Source: Octopus sinensis (taxonomy: Eukaryota). From it: a DNA stretch of 64,000 nucleotides. Where the stretch lies: positions 39,432,001 through 39,496,000 of the forward strand of contig NC_043005.1 in the NCBI RefSeq assembly GCF_006345805.1. Direction: 5' to 3'. The translations under genes and the position numbers were made by a program. Below are positions 38,411-53,767 of the stretch, in pieces (positions within the stretch are counted from its first letter, which is position 1; each line of letters begins with the position of its first letter). The notes beneath the pieces are model-generated. The model was not told where the DNA came from and searched no databases. It was given only the letters and a program-made list of their open reading frames with translations.

Positions 38411-39674
38411 GATATATCTATCTATCTACCTATTTATCTATCTATTAATCTACCATCTATATGCCTCTATATTTTCCTCTTCAAACCCACCTGACCTCAC
38501 AATACATTCTGACATTTAAAAATTTTTATCTCTCAATATAGCCAAATAGATCAAATGTTAACATTGTGACGGAAGGAATTACATTGCTTTTCGTTTTCGT
38601 TTCAGTTGTACCGTATTAGCAGACGTTTTGGGCATTTCACATTCTATAACAATTCATGTTTTCAACACTTTACTTTCCATATTCATTTTATTTAGCGGTC
38701 CTTCTTCCTTTTCCCCCTTTTTTTAATCACAATCTTTCTGCATTTTCTTACCCCATTTAAACTGCAAGAAAATAACTCACACTACTTACATGTAATGGCT
38801 TATATCCATCATGACTTTATTAAACCACAGTGCAATGACGAAATATCCATATATATCAAGGATTTTATAGGAACTAGATGAGTTCAATGTCCGATCGTTT
38901 CTTTACATACACTCGGTATAAAAATTTTAAGTTGCGATGTATTATCAATATCGCATTATATTATTAGATATAATTTATTCTCATATATGTATTGAGTGCT
39001 TTACTCTTCCTTCTCATAAATTCTTGTAACCAGTAAATATGTGTGTATGCATGTATATGTGTATGTATATAGGTAAATATTTATGTATGTAGGAAAAGTT
39101 ATCGATAATAATACACGCACATTCACACAAATATATATACACAGGTAGATATGGTCGTGTACGTGTGTGTATGGCGAAAAAATCGAATTTGAATAGAAAT
39201 AGCTGAGGGTCACATGATAGTTGAACTCAGCAACAGTAACAGCAACATTACAGTAACAAGAACAACAACAACTTCGAATGTTGAATGCATAAGAATAATC
39301 TTAAAGATACGCCAAAAGATCAAAGATCTTGAAGAATACATCCATGTTTATGTACGTGTATATATATATAATTACATATATATGTACATTTATATGTGTG
39401 TGTGAGTGTGTGCGTGCGTGCAACCATGTGTATTTATGTGTATTTCTGTGTGTGCTTGCTTGAATGTATGTATATCTATCTATTTATCTGTCTATCTATC
39501 TGTCAATTTATCTATCCATCTATATAAGTGTGTGTGTGTGTCTGTGTGTGTGTATGTATGTATGTGTGTATGTATGTATGTGTATATGTATGCCTGTATG
39601 TATTTATATGTGCATATATATACATTTATTTATGTATACATACATATATATACATATATATGTGAATATATATG

Positions 39675-39778
<104 letters not shown>

Positions 39779-40239
39779 TATACAAACACACATACATACA
39801 TACATACATGCATACATTTGTATGTTTGTATGTGATTGTTACAGTAACATACTGAAGTCTGTCTATGTTTTCATGTCGAATATATGATGTCTGATGAAAT
39901 GCTGTAAAAATCTATGATTTCATCACCACCACTAACTCCCCCACGACACACACACACACAAACTCGTGTCTCACTCCACTACTAACTCTCACGTCGTCTG
40001 TCTTAAGTGCAAAACTGCGAATAGATACAAGAACATCTACGTCTACAGACTGGGGTGGGTTTTGTAGTAATGGCACCAGTCAGAAAATACATTGCCGATC
40101 GATTGAATGGACGACTACACACCACCCAGACAAGCCGTGTGTGTGGCTACCAGACTGAGAGACATACATTCAAACATGGTTACCACAAAGTGTCTCTCCA
40201 ATTTACCGATAATTTCAATATGAGCGTCTACATGAATTT

Positions 40240-40286
<47 letters not shown>

Positions 40287-40364
40287 TACACATATATATA
40301 TGCATATATATGTAAATATACATACATACACACACTCATATATATAAATATATATATATATATG

Positions 40365-40407
<43 letters not shown>

Positions 40408-40650
40408 GCACACAGAGATATCTTGCATTTAGCTTTCACTCCTCTCTAATTTACTTCCTGCTCTATGTGCCTATATATATGTATATATATATATTTATAT
40501 ATATATATATTTTCTCTCTCTCTCTCTCAGTGCGCATGTGTATTTGTGTGTCTGTGTGTGTATGTATGTATCTTCATGCACATAAGGCAAGAGAGAAATA
40601 GACTGATATATATATATATATATATATGTGTGTATGTATGTACATGTATG

Positions 40651-40682
<32 letters not shown>

Positions 40683-41004
40683 TGTACGTATGTATGTATA
40701 TATGTATATTGGCGTTCAGAATAATAATAATTTTATGTGTGTCTATTTGTGGAACATACATTTTCCCAATATAATATATATTGGATATTATATACAATGT
40801 TCCAATATGTTCAATAATAACAAATGGAAAACACAATCTTCAGCAATTTAAAAAAAGATGTTTCTTACACTTCCTTAATCGATATTGCTAAGTTTTAGAT
40901 TGTACTTCAAATCTTCAGGTTCGATTTCTTGCAATGATTTTACTCCCCCTAGAATTACCGGTTATATTTTTTGCACATTTTTTATGTCGTTGACTTCCGT
41001 ATTA

Positions 41005-41040
<36 letters not shown>

Positions 41041-42392
41041 GTGTATGTGTAATTATTCATCGTAACCTAGATGTATAAGATGCTACTCTTTAGCTTTTCT
41101 GAAAACTTCAGCAAGCTCTGCTTCTTCGTTCTTCACAAGATGTACTCAAAGCGCACCAATAGTCTTAGCAATAGGATCAATATATTTATACTACATCTAC
41201 CTCTACGTGATTGGCTGTCAGGAATCATGTTATCAGGTTATTAGTCGTGTTTCCTTATGCTACTTTCTAAACAAGATGACATAAGCAAGCTAATCAGTAA
41301 TATTTCGTAATATTTTAAAGAATAATGATAGCCTGTCTACAAGAAACAAATTAGAATTAAATATAAACTCTATTTTATTCTTAATGTTTAATCTTGTAAA
41401 CTTTCTAGACGCGATGTCTCAGCACAGTTAGCATCTATAGTTTCCATGGTTTTCACCTATCGTCTAGCCACTATCTGCAAATCATTATGCTTCTAGTTGG
41501 CATATATGAACTATGACTACCCATTCAGCATCTAAATTCTAAGTATATCACATCAACCTCTGCCTACTTCGTATCTATATTATCGAAATTATCCGCCTTC
41601 TCTGTCTAGTCATTGACTTTGTTGACGACGAGAAAGACAAACTGTGTCTATATATACACATTTTAATGTGCATATATAGACACATTAGATAATATATCTA
41701 CAGATGTTTCTAATCGTACAACAGTTTCGTCGCCACATGTTCACAGTGTTAATTTTTACACACAACAAGCCCAACATCGTTAATAACTCTATATATCAAT
41801 GTGCAGCACATATGTACACAATTTAATTTTACAGCGGTCGTCTTTACCTGCCTACCAGCACTTGCTAATGAGCTTCATCATTTGTTCTCATACTTATCTT
41901 ACTTCAGTATTTATGTCCCCGCCCGTCTATGCAATCCCCCAATTTCCTAAAACCTGTTCATCATATATTGATAATGGAAAACCGACAAACTAAACGGAGA
42001 AAGAGTTCAGCCAAATCTTTCAGTTAATACTCTATAATGATCTGGCATCTTCATTAAAGATTGCTATTCTGACGTTTTATTTTTCGCCTAGATCCGCTGT
42101 TCATCCGATCAGACGGCAATTAGAGTCGAAATGTTGTATCTCTGTGTCTATGTCTTTGCCAGTTGTCAAAATATTCTTAATTCATTCTTTATTTTGTTTG
42201 TGTTTATACCTACACGTATTATGCATGTGTTTATATAAAATGACATGCAGACATATATATATATACATACATACAAACATATATATATATATATATACAT
42301 GCGTATATATTCATAGTTACATAGTTACATATATAAATATATATATATATAAATATATATATTCGTGTGCGTGTATGTACGTAGATAAATAA

Positions 42393-42436
<44 letters not shown>

Positions 42437-42437
42437 C

Positions 42438-42522
<85 letters not shown>

Positions 42523-43429
42523 GGATGGATGGATGGATGGATAGATGGATGGATACTTAGTTATTTAGTTAGTTAGTTAGGTAAGCAGGTAGATAGGTAG
42601 GTAGGTAGGTAGCAGGCAGGCAGACAGGTAGATAACTCGCGGGTGGATAAATAGATTCACTAGTTATAGGATGAGCAAGTAAATGGATAAATATACTGAT
42701 AAGTAGAGAGATAGATACATACATATTCATACGTTGTTAACCTTTTAAACTCAAAATTTCTGAAGAACACCAACCAATCATTGCAAAATTGCAAAATGCA
42801 ACCACGCCCACTTTATCACCCATTCGTCAATAATATTAGAGAGTTTGCTGGTTCAAATTTGATAAATGCTTAATAAATGGAATGTTGTATTTACAGGAAT
42901 TTGATCTTTAAATAAACCTTCAACTCTCATTTGATTGTCGCAAAGATTGTTAGACATTTGTAGTTGCGAAATTAGAAACTCCCTTTTCAGGTTAGTAACT
43001 TGTTTTTGCTGTTGTTGTTGTTAAGCAACAAGACGGGTAAGGGTGATTAGGTGATTGTGTAGGGCTTAGGGGCGGGAGACCCCAAACCTTGGAAAAAAAC
43101 AACTTTGGTCGTCTTGTTGTAGTCGAGGGATCTTCGTTGACGCCCGACACCACTGGGAGGTGGCCCTCGAAGTCGCTGGAAATGGAGATTTCCAGGTCCA
43201 AATTCTTGAATGACTGCTGCTGCTGCTGCTGTTATTGTTAATGTTATTCTCTTTCTCCCCCTCCTCCTCCTCCTCTTCATTTCTTTTCTTCTCCTTCATA
43301 TTATTATTGTTAGTGATAGTTTTTCTGTTGCCTAAATTCGCTTCTCATCAAGGTAAGTTACATATAATCAAAGTCACCCTAGCAGTGACTATTGCTCATG
43401 TTTTTTTCTGTAAAAGACACATACATTGA

Positions 43430-43740
<311 letters not shown>

Positions 43741-44249
43741 ATATATACGAACTTTCTGTTAGTTAAAATATGTTAGTGACATATTTCAACTTCTGAAGCC
43801 AAATCCAATGCAGCTACCGCGGAGAAAAAGAAAACACAATATCTGTCCAGTGCTGCTCCTTGTCGGATTACCAGATGCATTTCTAGCTTTTTAACCATTA
43901 TCAATGGGAAATACCGAAGCGAAGTAAATCTGGATAGGCTTAAAGCGATAGTTTTAACTAAAACACAGTCAACAACATTGACCGAGTTGCACCATTAGAC
44001 CGCTAGTTCGGAAGAGTTTCTGCAGAATCAGTACCAAGCAGAGTTAAGGTATGATCGAACTTCAGATTAGTTAAACTAGGTTTGTAACATATTTCAACTT
44101 CGAAAGGTAAGCTCACAACTGTTATCGTGGAGAAAAAAAATTCTCTCTTTTGGTAATAAGATGTAAAAACACCGTATCCGTCCAGTGCTAAAGAGCTAGA
44201 AATGCATCTAGGAATGACAGTTATCCATTAGTATGACTGTTACTCATTC

Positions 44250-44745
44250 CATTGTCTACATTTGTGCAACTTCGTCTTTTAGTAGCTTTTGCATTTCAAT
44301 TTTTTCCAGCTCTTTGTCACTCACTCATGCATCCCCAGGCATGGCAGTACAATATCACCTTGGTTTCCTTCTTCGTTTTTTATGCACTACAACAATGTCC
44401 GATCTCCAAGGATCAATCACTGAGTCACTGAATTGTAAAATCTCATTAGATTTTAGAATCATTATTCTCAGTGACTCCTTCCGGTTTATGCTCGTACCAT
44501 TTCTGTGTTCTTTCAAGGACTTATTGCTCTGGACTTATTTAAGCCTATCCAGATTTACTTCTCTTCGATATTTCCCATTGATAATGGTTAAAACTCTGCA
44601 GTGAAGAAAATTAGCTACGCTATGATGCCTTCTTTTGTATTCGTTTTGGACCAGTTTTCTACTCTCATTCACAATATGTGACGTCGTTTCGTTCTTGCAG
44701 CCATACATTCTACAAACGGGTGAGTCACTGCTCTTATCTATTCGG
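44250..44745 (-). mobile_element. R4/Dong-like 3' fragment carrying a ~70-bp foreign insertion
   Basis: VCRMYGCKNETTSHIVNE..KLVQNEYKRRHHSVANFLH, ERTQKWYEHKPEGVTENNDSKI. Confidence 0.8.
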
Positions 44746-45947
44746 AACTTGGTGTAATCAGTTCACATAGATAAATATATACGTACACACACATGTATAC
44801 ACACTCATACATACTTGCTAACAAACATACATACACACATATATGCATGCATATACACATGCATACTACATGCACACATACATATCAAAAATTAAAATAG
44901 ACAGCAATTTAAAATATTCCCGGCCAGAGTCGCCATGTCGTATCTCTGTGTCTATGTCTATGTCAGTTGTCAAAATATTCTTAATTCATTCTTTATATGG
45001 TCTGTTGTGGAAATCAGCTGATCTCTGCACACCAATGTAGTAAGAAACATACAAGGGAAAAGGATCATTGATAAAGAATTTGCAAATCCAGTTCCCAGGA
45101 CACATTTTCAGTCCCATACCTATTGATATTGGACCTTATAGCTGAACCTGGGATCTTGAGGAGAGAACGCAAATCCTTAATTCATATGCTACAAATGCTC
45201 ACATTATTTAGGTCTACATAAATATGCAAGGCCTTCTTCATATTTAAGGGATTATGGTAAAAACAAACTGCTCTCCTTCACAACTTGCTACCAAGTAGGT
45301 GGCCGGTGAAAATTTCCTTTAAATCAAAAAGTGAAAGAGAACATACATTCATACATAAATGCACAGATGCACACACACACATACATACATACATACATAC
45401 ATACATACATACATACATACATACATACATACATACATAAAACCATTCATTCATACATGCATGCAAACACAAGCACATACATAGACATACATACATCTTT
45501 ACCACATTTCCAATATCTCTTACGGTTTCTTCTTGCACTCTGACCACCGCCCCTCCATTATACTTATCATTTTATCTCCCCTCACTCCTCTTTCTCTTCA
45601 TACCACTCCCATCCTATCTTTTCTCTTTCCCTCCTACCCTAGACCTGGAAACTCTAATTCAATTATTCTCTCTTTCCCACTACACCTCCTCTGTCGACAT
45701 CTCCTGCAAACTCTCCTCCTCACATTTCACATATCCCTCACTCGATTTCCACACCAACACCAACCACATCACGCACCTTCCTTCAAGCAACACCACCACT
45801 ACCACCACCAACACAACAACAACAACAAATAAACAACTTCAACTAAATAATGAATGGCTGTTTCAATACAAACAGTATAATTTTATAATTAGGCCGTAGC
45901 TCAGATCATTGTTGTAAATTTATCATTATTATTATTATTATTATTAC

Positions 45948-45992
<45 letters not shown>

Positions 45993-46079
45993 CATCTTCA
46001 TCATCATCATTGTTATTTTTATTTTGATTTTTGTTACCGCTCTTGTATTTTTATTTTATTTTATATCATTGTTTCTTTT

Positions 46080-46306
46080 GGTAGTGGTGATGGTGGTGGT
46101 AATGGTGGTGGTGGTGGTGGTGGTCTTGTTGGTGGCGGTGGTGGTGGTGGCGGCGGCAATGTTGCCAGCAGTTGCGAAATTAGTGTAGTGATGATGATGC
46201 TGCTGTGTGCAGCCGTTGCAATTGTAGTAATGATACTTTTGCGGCCATGTGGTGATTTCGTTCTGGAGGCGTGTTGGTGTTAGTACAGAGGTAGTAGTAG
46301 TAGTAT

Positions 46307-46391
<85 letters not shown>

Positions 46392-46400
46392 GGTGGTGGT
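46080..46400. repeat. (GGT)n/(GTA)n low-complexity region
   Basis: Directly visible. Confidence 0.9.
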
Positions 46401-46989
46401 AACGTTGTGATGTTGTGGTCGATAATCATGTCGGTGCCTGTGTGCACTCCTTAGCATCTACACCCACAAATATGTATGTATGAGTGTGTATGTGTACGTA
46501 CGGGCGTATGTATGTGTACGTACGGGCGTGTGTCTGTGCATGTGTGCATGTGTGTATGCGTGTGTGATATCTGTGTTGCATGTGAGTGTCAGTATCTGGG
46601 TGCGAGTGTCTCTCATTGTATGTGTATGTACGAACGCGTGAATGTGTGTATGTGTGCGTGTATGTGTGCGAGCGTGTGTGTGTGTGTGCGTGCGTGTGTG
46701 TGTGAGTGTGTGAGCGTGCACGCGCACATGTGTGTGTTTATTTTTGGCTTCTTTTGTTTACTTGTAGAAGATTCGAGCAAGAATTCATACGAGATGTCTT
46801 TGATGTTTTAAACACGGCCCAGAAAATGACGGTTCCAATTCAAAATTTCAAGCTGATAATCACTCGTTAAGACCAACCGCTTGATCACAGTACACACAGC
46901 TTCCAGTCAGCTTGATCATATTAATTTCGATTCTCAGAAAAGAACAAGAAGAAAATGAAAGAAAAAAAAACTGTTAGGGGCAAAATTAG

Positions 46990-47400
46990 AGAATGCACGG
47001 AGAAAGAGGGGAGGGGAGTGCGGATGGGATGGATGGGAGGGGGAGGGGAGAGATGGGAGGGGGGAGGGTAGAGATGGGAGGGGGGAGATGGGAGGGGAGG
47101 AGGAGAAGAAGATGAAGAAGAAGAAGAAGAAGACGAAGAAGGAGGAGAAGAAGTAGAAGAAGAAGAAGTAGAAGAAGAAGAAGACGAAGAAGAAGGAGGA
47201 GGAGGAGGAGGAGAAGAAGAAGAAGACGAAGAAGAAGGAGGAAGAGAAGAAGAAGAAGAAGAAGAAGAAAAAGGAGGAGAAGGAGGAGGAGGAGGAGGAG
47301 GAGGAAAGGAAGAAGAAGAAGAAGAAGAAGAAGAAGAAGAAGAAGAAGAAGAAGAAGGAGCAGGAAGAGAAGAAGATGAAGAAGAAGAGAAGGATATAAA
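46990..47400. repeat. Polypurine (GAA/GGA)n tract
   Basis: Directly visible; a (TTC)n tract lies at about 59565-59682. Confidence 0.92.
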
Positions 47401-47904
47401 ACAAAGTGGACAAAGATGTTGAGAATGAGGGAAAACAATGTAGAGAGAAAGTGAGAAAAAAAGAATTTAAAATATTCTTAAAGTATAAAGTGAAAGAAAG
47501 AAAGAAATAAAGAAGAATGAAGAGAGGACGAGAGCGTGAATGAAAAGATACAATTCGGAGAGGGAAATTTCATAACGAGAAATAGGAATGGTTGGAATTT
47601 AAGAAGAAACGAAAGAACAAGAAGCAGAGAATGAAAGAAAAAAGTGAATGAACGAACGTACGAACGGGCGAATGAACCAAGGAAGGAAATAGAAAGATTA
47701 GCAGAGAGACAGGGAGGGAGAGAAAGAGACAAACTCATATACCTATGAGAGATACCTATGAATGCGTTAGTAGACTCATGGATAGATAGAAATATATACA
47801 TACATACATGCATACATACATACATGCATGCATGCATGCATGCATGCATGCATACATACATACATACATACATACATACATACATACATACATACATACA
47901 GATG

Positions 47905-48136
47905 CAGACGAATCATGCCGACTCATAATGGCCAGTTTCCCCGGTTCCATGGGGCATATATACCCCACCTGGACGGGACGCCGGTCCGTTGCAAGATTAC
48001 TCATTTTTCCCAGCTGAGCGGAATGGAACAACGTGAAATGAAGTGTTTTGCTCAAGAACACAACGCATCGACCGGTCCAGGAATCGAAACCACAATCTTA
48101 CAATCATGGGTCCGACACTCTAATCACAAAGCCACA
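47905..48136 (-). mobile_element. tRNA-derived SINE, third family
   Basis: rc GTGGCTTTGTGATTAGAG (A-box-like), GGTTTCGATTCC (B-box-like), TGTGTTCTTGAGCAAAACACTT, and ACCGGCGTCCCGTCCAGG reminiscent of V-SINE central domains. Confidence 0.7.
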
Positions 48137-48691
48137 AACCTCCACTGTACCAGTATATATGTGTATATATGTACTATGTATGCATGCATACATGGGAATA
48201 CATATATACATGCATACATACATACATACATACATACATACATACATACATACATACATACATACATACATACATACATAAATATGTAGATATGTTCAGC
48301 TTTTATATTCTTTTACCTATTTCATCTATAAGACAGTGGTCATGCTGAAGCACATTCTGTAGGGTTTACTCGAACAAATTTATACATATACATACATACA
48401 TACATATTTTATTTATATATTGATTATTGATTTTTATACATTTTGTGATCTAGTTATATGTTTTATAAAAATATATTTTATATATTTTAATTTTTATTTA
48501 GGATTTGGTTTATGTCTATCATTATTTGAATTGCATAATAGTGTTTTTTTCCTCTAATTTATATATATATTTATATTATGAAATTTGATTTAATACGTAA
48601 TTGAATTTTTCCCTGTAAGATTGGAGTTATACTCCCTAATATTATCATTATTATTATTATTATTATACACACACATATACATATACATACC

Positions 48692-48730
<39 letters not shown>

Positions 48731-48732
<2 letters not shown>

Positions 48733-51690
48733 GGACGAACGTTACCTTACCTCAGTTTATGAGAAACTCTGATTGTAACAGCGAAAATGAAGCTAGACCA
48801 TTAAGGGAAAGCCTCTCGCGCGGCAGTGGTTCAGTAAAGATGCAGACTGACAACAGCTGTTAACGTAATACAGCATCAGTAGATAATAGAGCAAGGAGGA
48901 GGGAGGGGACTAGCGGAGAAAACAGGATAGCGATGCGGTGCTATTCAGAAAGTGAATCTAAAAGTAGGGGTACATAAAACGGGTGTAAACACTTTCGCTA
49001 GAGAAGGTTATGTTTATAGTGACTGAGCAGTGGTTGGTCAACCTAATACTATTAGAAGAAAGTGGTTGACAGAATTGGAGGTAGAAGAGATCACAAGATA
49101 ACTGGAAAAGAATGACCAGACAATAGGAAAGGTAAGCAACAATATAAGAGACACATCACAAACCAAACAAGAATGTAAAGGAAAAAATAATAATAATGCT
49201 ACCAATTAAGAAGGGACTACTGGTACCAACGACTTAAGTGATTTATGTGAACAAAATCAGACGATTTTAGATGAGTTGCAGTAAGTAATAGGTAAAGAAG
49301 TAAGAAAAAGATTGCCAGCATTAACAGGCACCAACAGAAGGAAGCTGCTAGAAATGACTAGGAAAGTAGATTATGCTATCACTAAGATAGACACTAAAAT
49401 TTACTAGACACTAATTTACTGATCTATGCAGGAAGGGTAGTAGTCACCAGAAGATTAGATATCTCACAGAGAAAGATTTAAAGAGAGCAAATGTGGAAAG
49501 GGAGACTACGAAATAAAGTGAAGACTTTAAGACAAGAACTGAGTAAAATAGAAGCCTGAAAACTGAACAAGTTATGAAACGCAAGTTGCAAATCTTCCCT
49601 CGAGAAAAGATACTTAGTCAAAGATAAAGGATTTGGGACAGTAATAGCAGGGTTAAAACAGCGTATCATAGCAGTAGCAGGCAAGCTCTCCTCATATCAG
49701 AAAATAATAGATCAGCATCAACAGAAAAGATTATTTGAGACAGAACAGAGGAGATTTAATAATGAAACAAATAGTGGAGAACGAAGTACTGAAGATGAGA
49801 AACCCAACGCAGAAAAAAACTAGAAAGTTCTGGAGTAATATTGTGGATAAACCAGTCAATCATAATGAAGATGCAGTATGGTTAAAGAAAGTGACGGAAG
49901 AAGTAGAAGTGAGAAGCAGCCAGATCTAAGACTAACTAGTGCATTAATGAAGAAATTATTAAGAAAAATGCCGAATTATAAGGGGCCCAAGGCGAATTTT
50001 AGTGCAATGGTACTAGCTAGAGAAATTTAATAGTTTACATGGAAGGCCGGGGGAACAAATTCAAGATTGTCTTAATGGACGAAGAATAGCAGATTGGATT
50101 AATAGAAGGAGGACAATAATCATCATGAAAGATAAGAGTAAGGGTAATACAGCTAGCAACTATAGAAGAATCACTTGCTTACCATTGATGTGGAGGTTTT
50201 CAGGAGCTTTCATAAGCTTTTACGAGCACTCTAGCAAGCAGAATTTACTGCTAGAAGAACAGAAGGGTTGCAGGAAGAAGGCTAGAAGAACGCATGATCT
50301 ATTATACATAAACAAGGCAGTTCTAAATGAAGTAAATGCTAGAAAGAAAAATCTAATAATAGCATAGATAGATTATAGAAAAGCCTATGACATGATCTAA
50401 CACTCACGTATAATTATATGTTTGAGTATATTCAGTATAGCAGACAACATAAGAGAATTAATTAGCTGTAGCATGAAGAAATGGTAAGTAGATCTATATT
50501 CAGGTGACACACTTTTCGGGAAATAATATCAAAAGAGGAATTTTCCAGGAGGACTCGTTGTACCCTTTAATATTTGTTTTGGTTGATCCTCCTCAGGTTA
50601 GTACTAAGGAAGACAAAGGTAGGGTATCAATTCAGAAATAGTAGGGGGGAAATGAACCATTTGCTCTACATGGATGATATGAAGGTTTTTAGTAAGAATG
50701 AAAAAGAGATAGATTCCTTAATACAAACTGTAAGACTCTTCAGCAAAGATATAGGCATGGAATTTGGTATAGATAAGTTTGAAATATTAGTCATGAGAAG
50801 GGGACAGGTATCAACAGCTAAGGCATCCAATTACCAGATGACCAGACATTAAAATCATTGAAAGAAGGATAGAGTTACAAGTATCTAGGAGTATTATAAT
50901 CTGATAGAGTACTAACAACAGAAATGAAAACGAAAATTGAGGAGTACATCAGAAGGGTGAGAAAGCTAATGAAGTCAAAGCTAAATGGTCCGAATCTAGT
51001 GACGGCTGTAAATACTTGGGCAGTATCATTACTTAGATACTCAACAGCTTTTGTAGATTGAACAAAAACTGAATTAGCAAAGGTAAACAGAAGTGGGGAA
51101 CAAACCAATATGAATGGAGGACTCCACCCAAGGGCAGGAGTAACAAGATTATAACTACCTAGATAGGAAGGCAGAGTTTTAATATAAGTATAAGACTGCG
51201 TGAAGTTAGCTAAGTATGGACTCCTATGCAGTTAATAGTGAAGAAAGTTTATTAAAATCTGCTTCAGTCACAGCAAGACATAGGGAAACCAAACATCCAA
51301 ACGAACTTAAAAACTAGAAAATAGAACAGAAATTATCTGACTGGATTGAGTTGCATGGTAGATTCCCAAACATAGTTGCAGCAAATGATAGTAGTGAGAC
51401 ATGGTTATGGTTGCAGAAAAGAAAATGTGAAGTTGGAGACAGAGAGTTTGTTAGTAGCTGCACAAGATCAAGCATTAAGGACTAATTAGATAAAAGCCAA
51501 GATAGACCAAAAAGAAGTAGATTCCCAATGTAGATTACTCAAATGAAAAGAGGAAAGCGTTACTGATATAGTAAGTGACAGTAGCGTGCTGGCACAGAAA
51601 GAATACAAGAATAGACATGACAATCTATCGAGAGTAACCCACTGAGAGCTATGTAGACAGATAGGACTTGAACATACTGATAAACGGTAT
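48731..51690 (+). mobile_element. ~3-kb decayed R4/Dong-clade non-LTR retrotransposon (RT plus degenerate zinc knuckle; REL end missing)
   Basis: KGNTASNYRRITCLPLMW, EEQKGC, IDYRKAYDM, RGIFQEDSL, HLLYMDDMK (YMDD at 50667-50678), YKYLGVL, KLNGPNLVTAVNTWAV, LVAAQDQAL, LAQKEYKNRHDN; many stops; (TAA)n at about 51855-51890. Confidence 0.92.
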
Positions 51691-52629
51691 TTAATAAGGG
51701 AGCACTGAGGTTAAAGAACATGTTAACTATATACTAATTTAATTAAATTGAATTATTTCAAGTTGCGGAGATACCGGTATTACCTTATATAAGCTGAGTA
51801 TGAATTAATAGTGGTATAAATATTAGATTTATTTAAGGCTACTATAAAATAATCATAATAATAGTAATAATAATAATAATAATAATAATTTCTTATTTAT
51901 GCACAAGCCCGGGAAAAAGCTGGAAAGAGACTTTATTCGATACCTTCGGCCCTGTTGCATAATTAGTACATTGTTTTATAGAGCAATGACTGAAAATTGG
52001 GAAGGTTAACTTCAACGATATTTGAAGGCAGAACACAAAAGGTTTCATACAAGAAGTAATATGGTCTCGTATATCTTATAATATTGTGGAGATAAAAGCA
52101 GTATTTATGTATGCTTTTATATGTGTATGTCAGTCTATATGTGTATGAGAGTGTGTGCGTGTGTGTACATGTGTGTATGTATATAAGTATGCATGTATAT
52201 ATGTAATATGTATCTCTCTCTCTCTCACATATGATTACAAGATTATAGTAAGGGCAACTACGAATTCTTGGTACATATCAGAAGAAGACGCTAAATGGCT
52301 ATAAACTACTTTCTCACATAGACACTCGCTAAAAGCGAGGAAATGAACAAAAGAGATTTTTTTGGAAATGTTTAGCCATATATCGATCGTTTTCAGTTTT
52401 AGTGATGTAACACCACTATACCATCATCAGTATTACATAACCAAAGTACACAATTATAAACAATTATATATACTATACGAACACAACGTACCCACAGTGC
52501 ATATACAAATGTTCGCACTTATATACAAGCTAAAAATATAGTTCATTCATCACAGCGACGTTTGAATCTGTTTATTCTCTCGCCTTCAGCGCGTGTCTAT
52601 GTTATACACAGAGTAGTTTATACATACAT

Positions 52630-52693
<64 letters not shown>

Positions 52694-53767
52694 TTCTTCC
52701 CTTCTTTCCTGAGCGTCCAATAATACTTTATTTGTTCCACATCCTTGCGTTGTTGTCTTTTTGTTTTTTTGTTTGGATTAACTTTATATATATATATATA
52801 TATACATATATATATACACACACATATATATACATATATATATATAAACCCATATGCAAAGACGTGTCTGCAGAAAGGCACCCAGAAGTCATGACCTGGA
52901 TTTTGCCCAGTTCACTTACAGTGTAAGAAGTTAAAGGCCAAAACACTTGCCGAAGTGTGGGAGGCTTCACTGGAACCTGCTGTTCAGCTCTCTTGATAGC
53001 TTCTTACCGCTATGTGTTTGTGTGTGTGTATGTGTGTGTGTCTGTCTCTGTGTGTGCCTATGTGTGTGTGTGTGTGTGTGTACTGGCAAGTATATGTTTA
53101 TATGTGTTATGATATTTTTATTGTATCTGTGTGTGTGTGAATATGTACGCGAGATGGCATTAAAAAATTTGTCTAATATTTGCAGTCATCAAATATTTAT
53201 CCTTCCCATATTTACACGAACCAGTATTTCAAAATAACCTTTTTGTCCACTTGAACATATGCTTGGAAAGCAACCTGCCAACAAACAAAGTAAAAACAGA
53301 GAACATGACCTTATTTGACCTGTAACCCCACATAAATTTAAACACGCGCATCTGTATTAATGTACACGCGTGAATGAACCCAAACAGAAATAGAAAAAAA
53401 CCGATCATTGACTTCACTAAATATAACTATTCTAAGTGGATGATAGCTTAGTTTATCTTGAAATAAACTAAGACACCCACCCAAGCGGAACAATGTTTCA
53501 TTACCTTGTTCTTCTTTTTTACTGACACCTCCCTTCTACCCGCTTTTTCTTCTCCCACTCCTTAGCTTAGACTTCTTTATTCTTCTCCCACTTCTTTCAT
53601 TTCCTAATAACATATTTCTGCTCATCAAATGAAACTGTCCATAAAGATATTTCTTCATTTGTCACCAAAAAATGCACTGTTAAACCACAACTAGCATGTA
53701 ATCACTATACCACATCTGTAGGAAGTAGCAAAACTTATAGGAAAACGCTTGGAAATCCAAAGAAATC

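Noticed and set aside
46934-47438. Poly-F/L and poly-E/R ORFs (also 59239-59808)
   Set aside because: Trinucleotide polypurine/polypyrimidine tracts; triplex-forming potential is generic and common in such genomes
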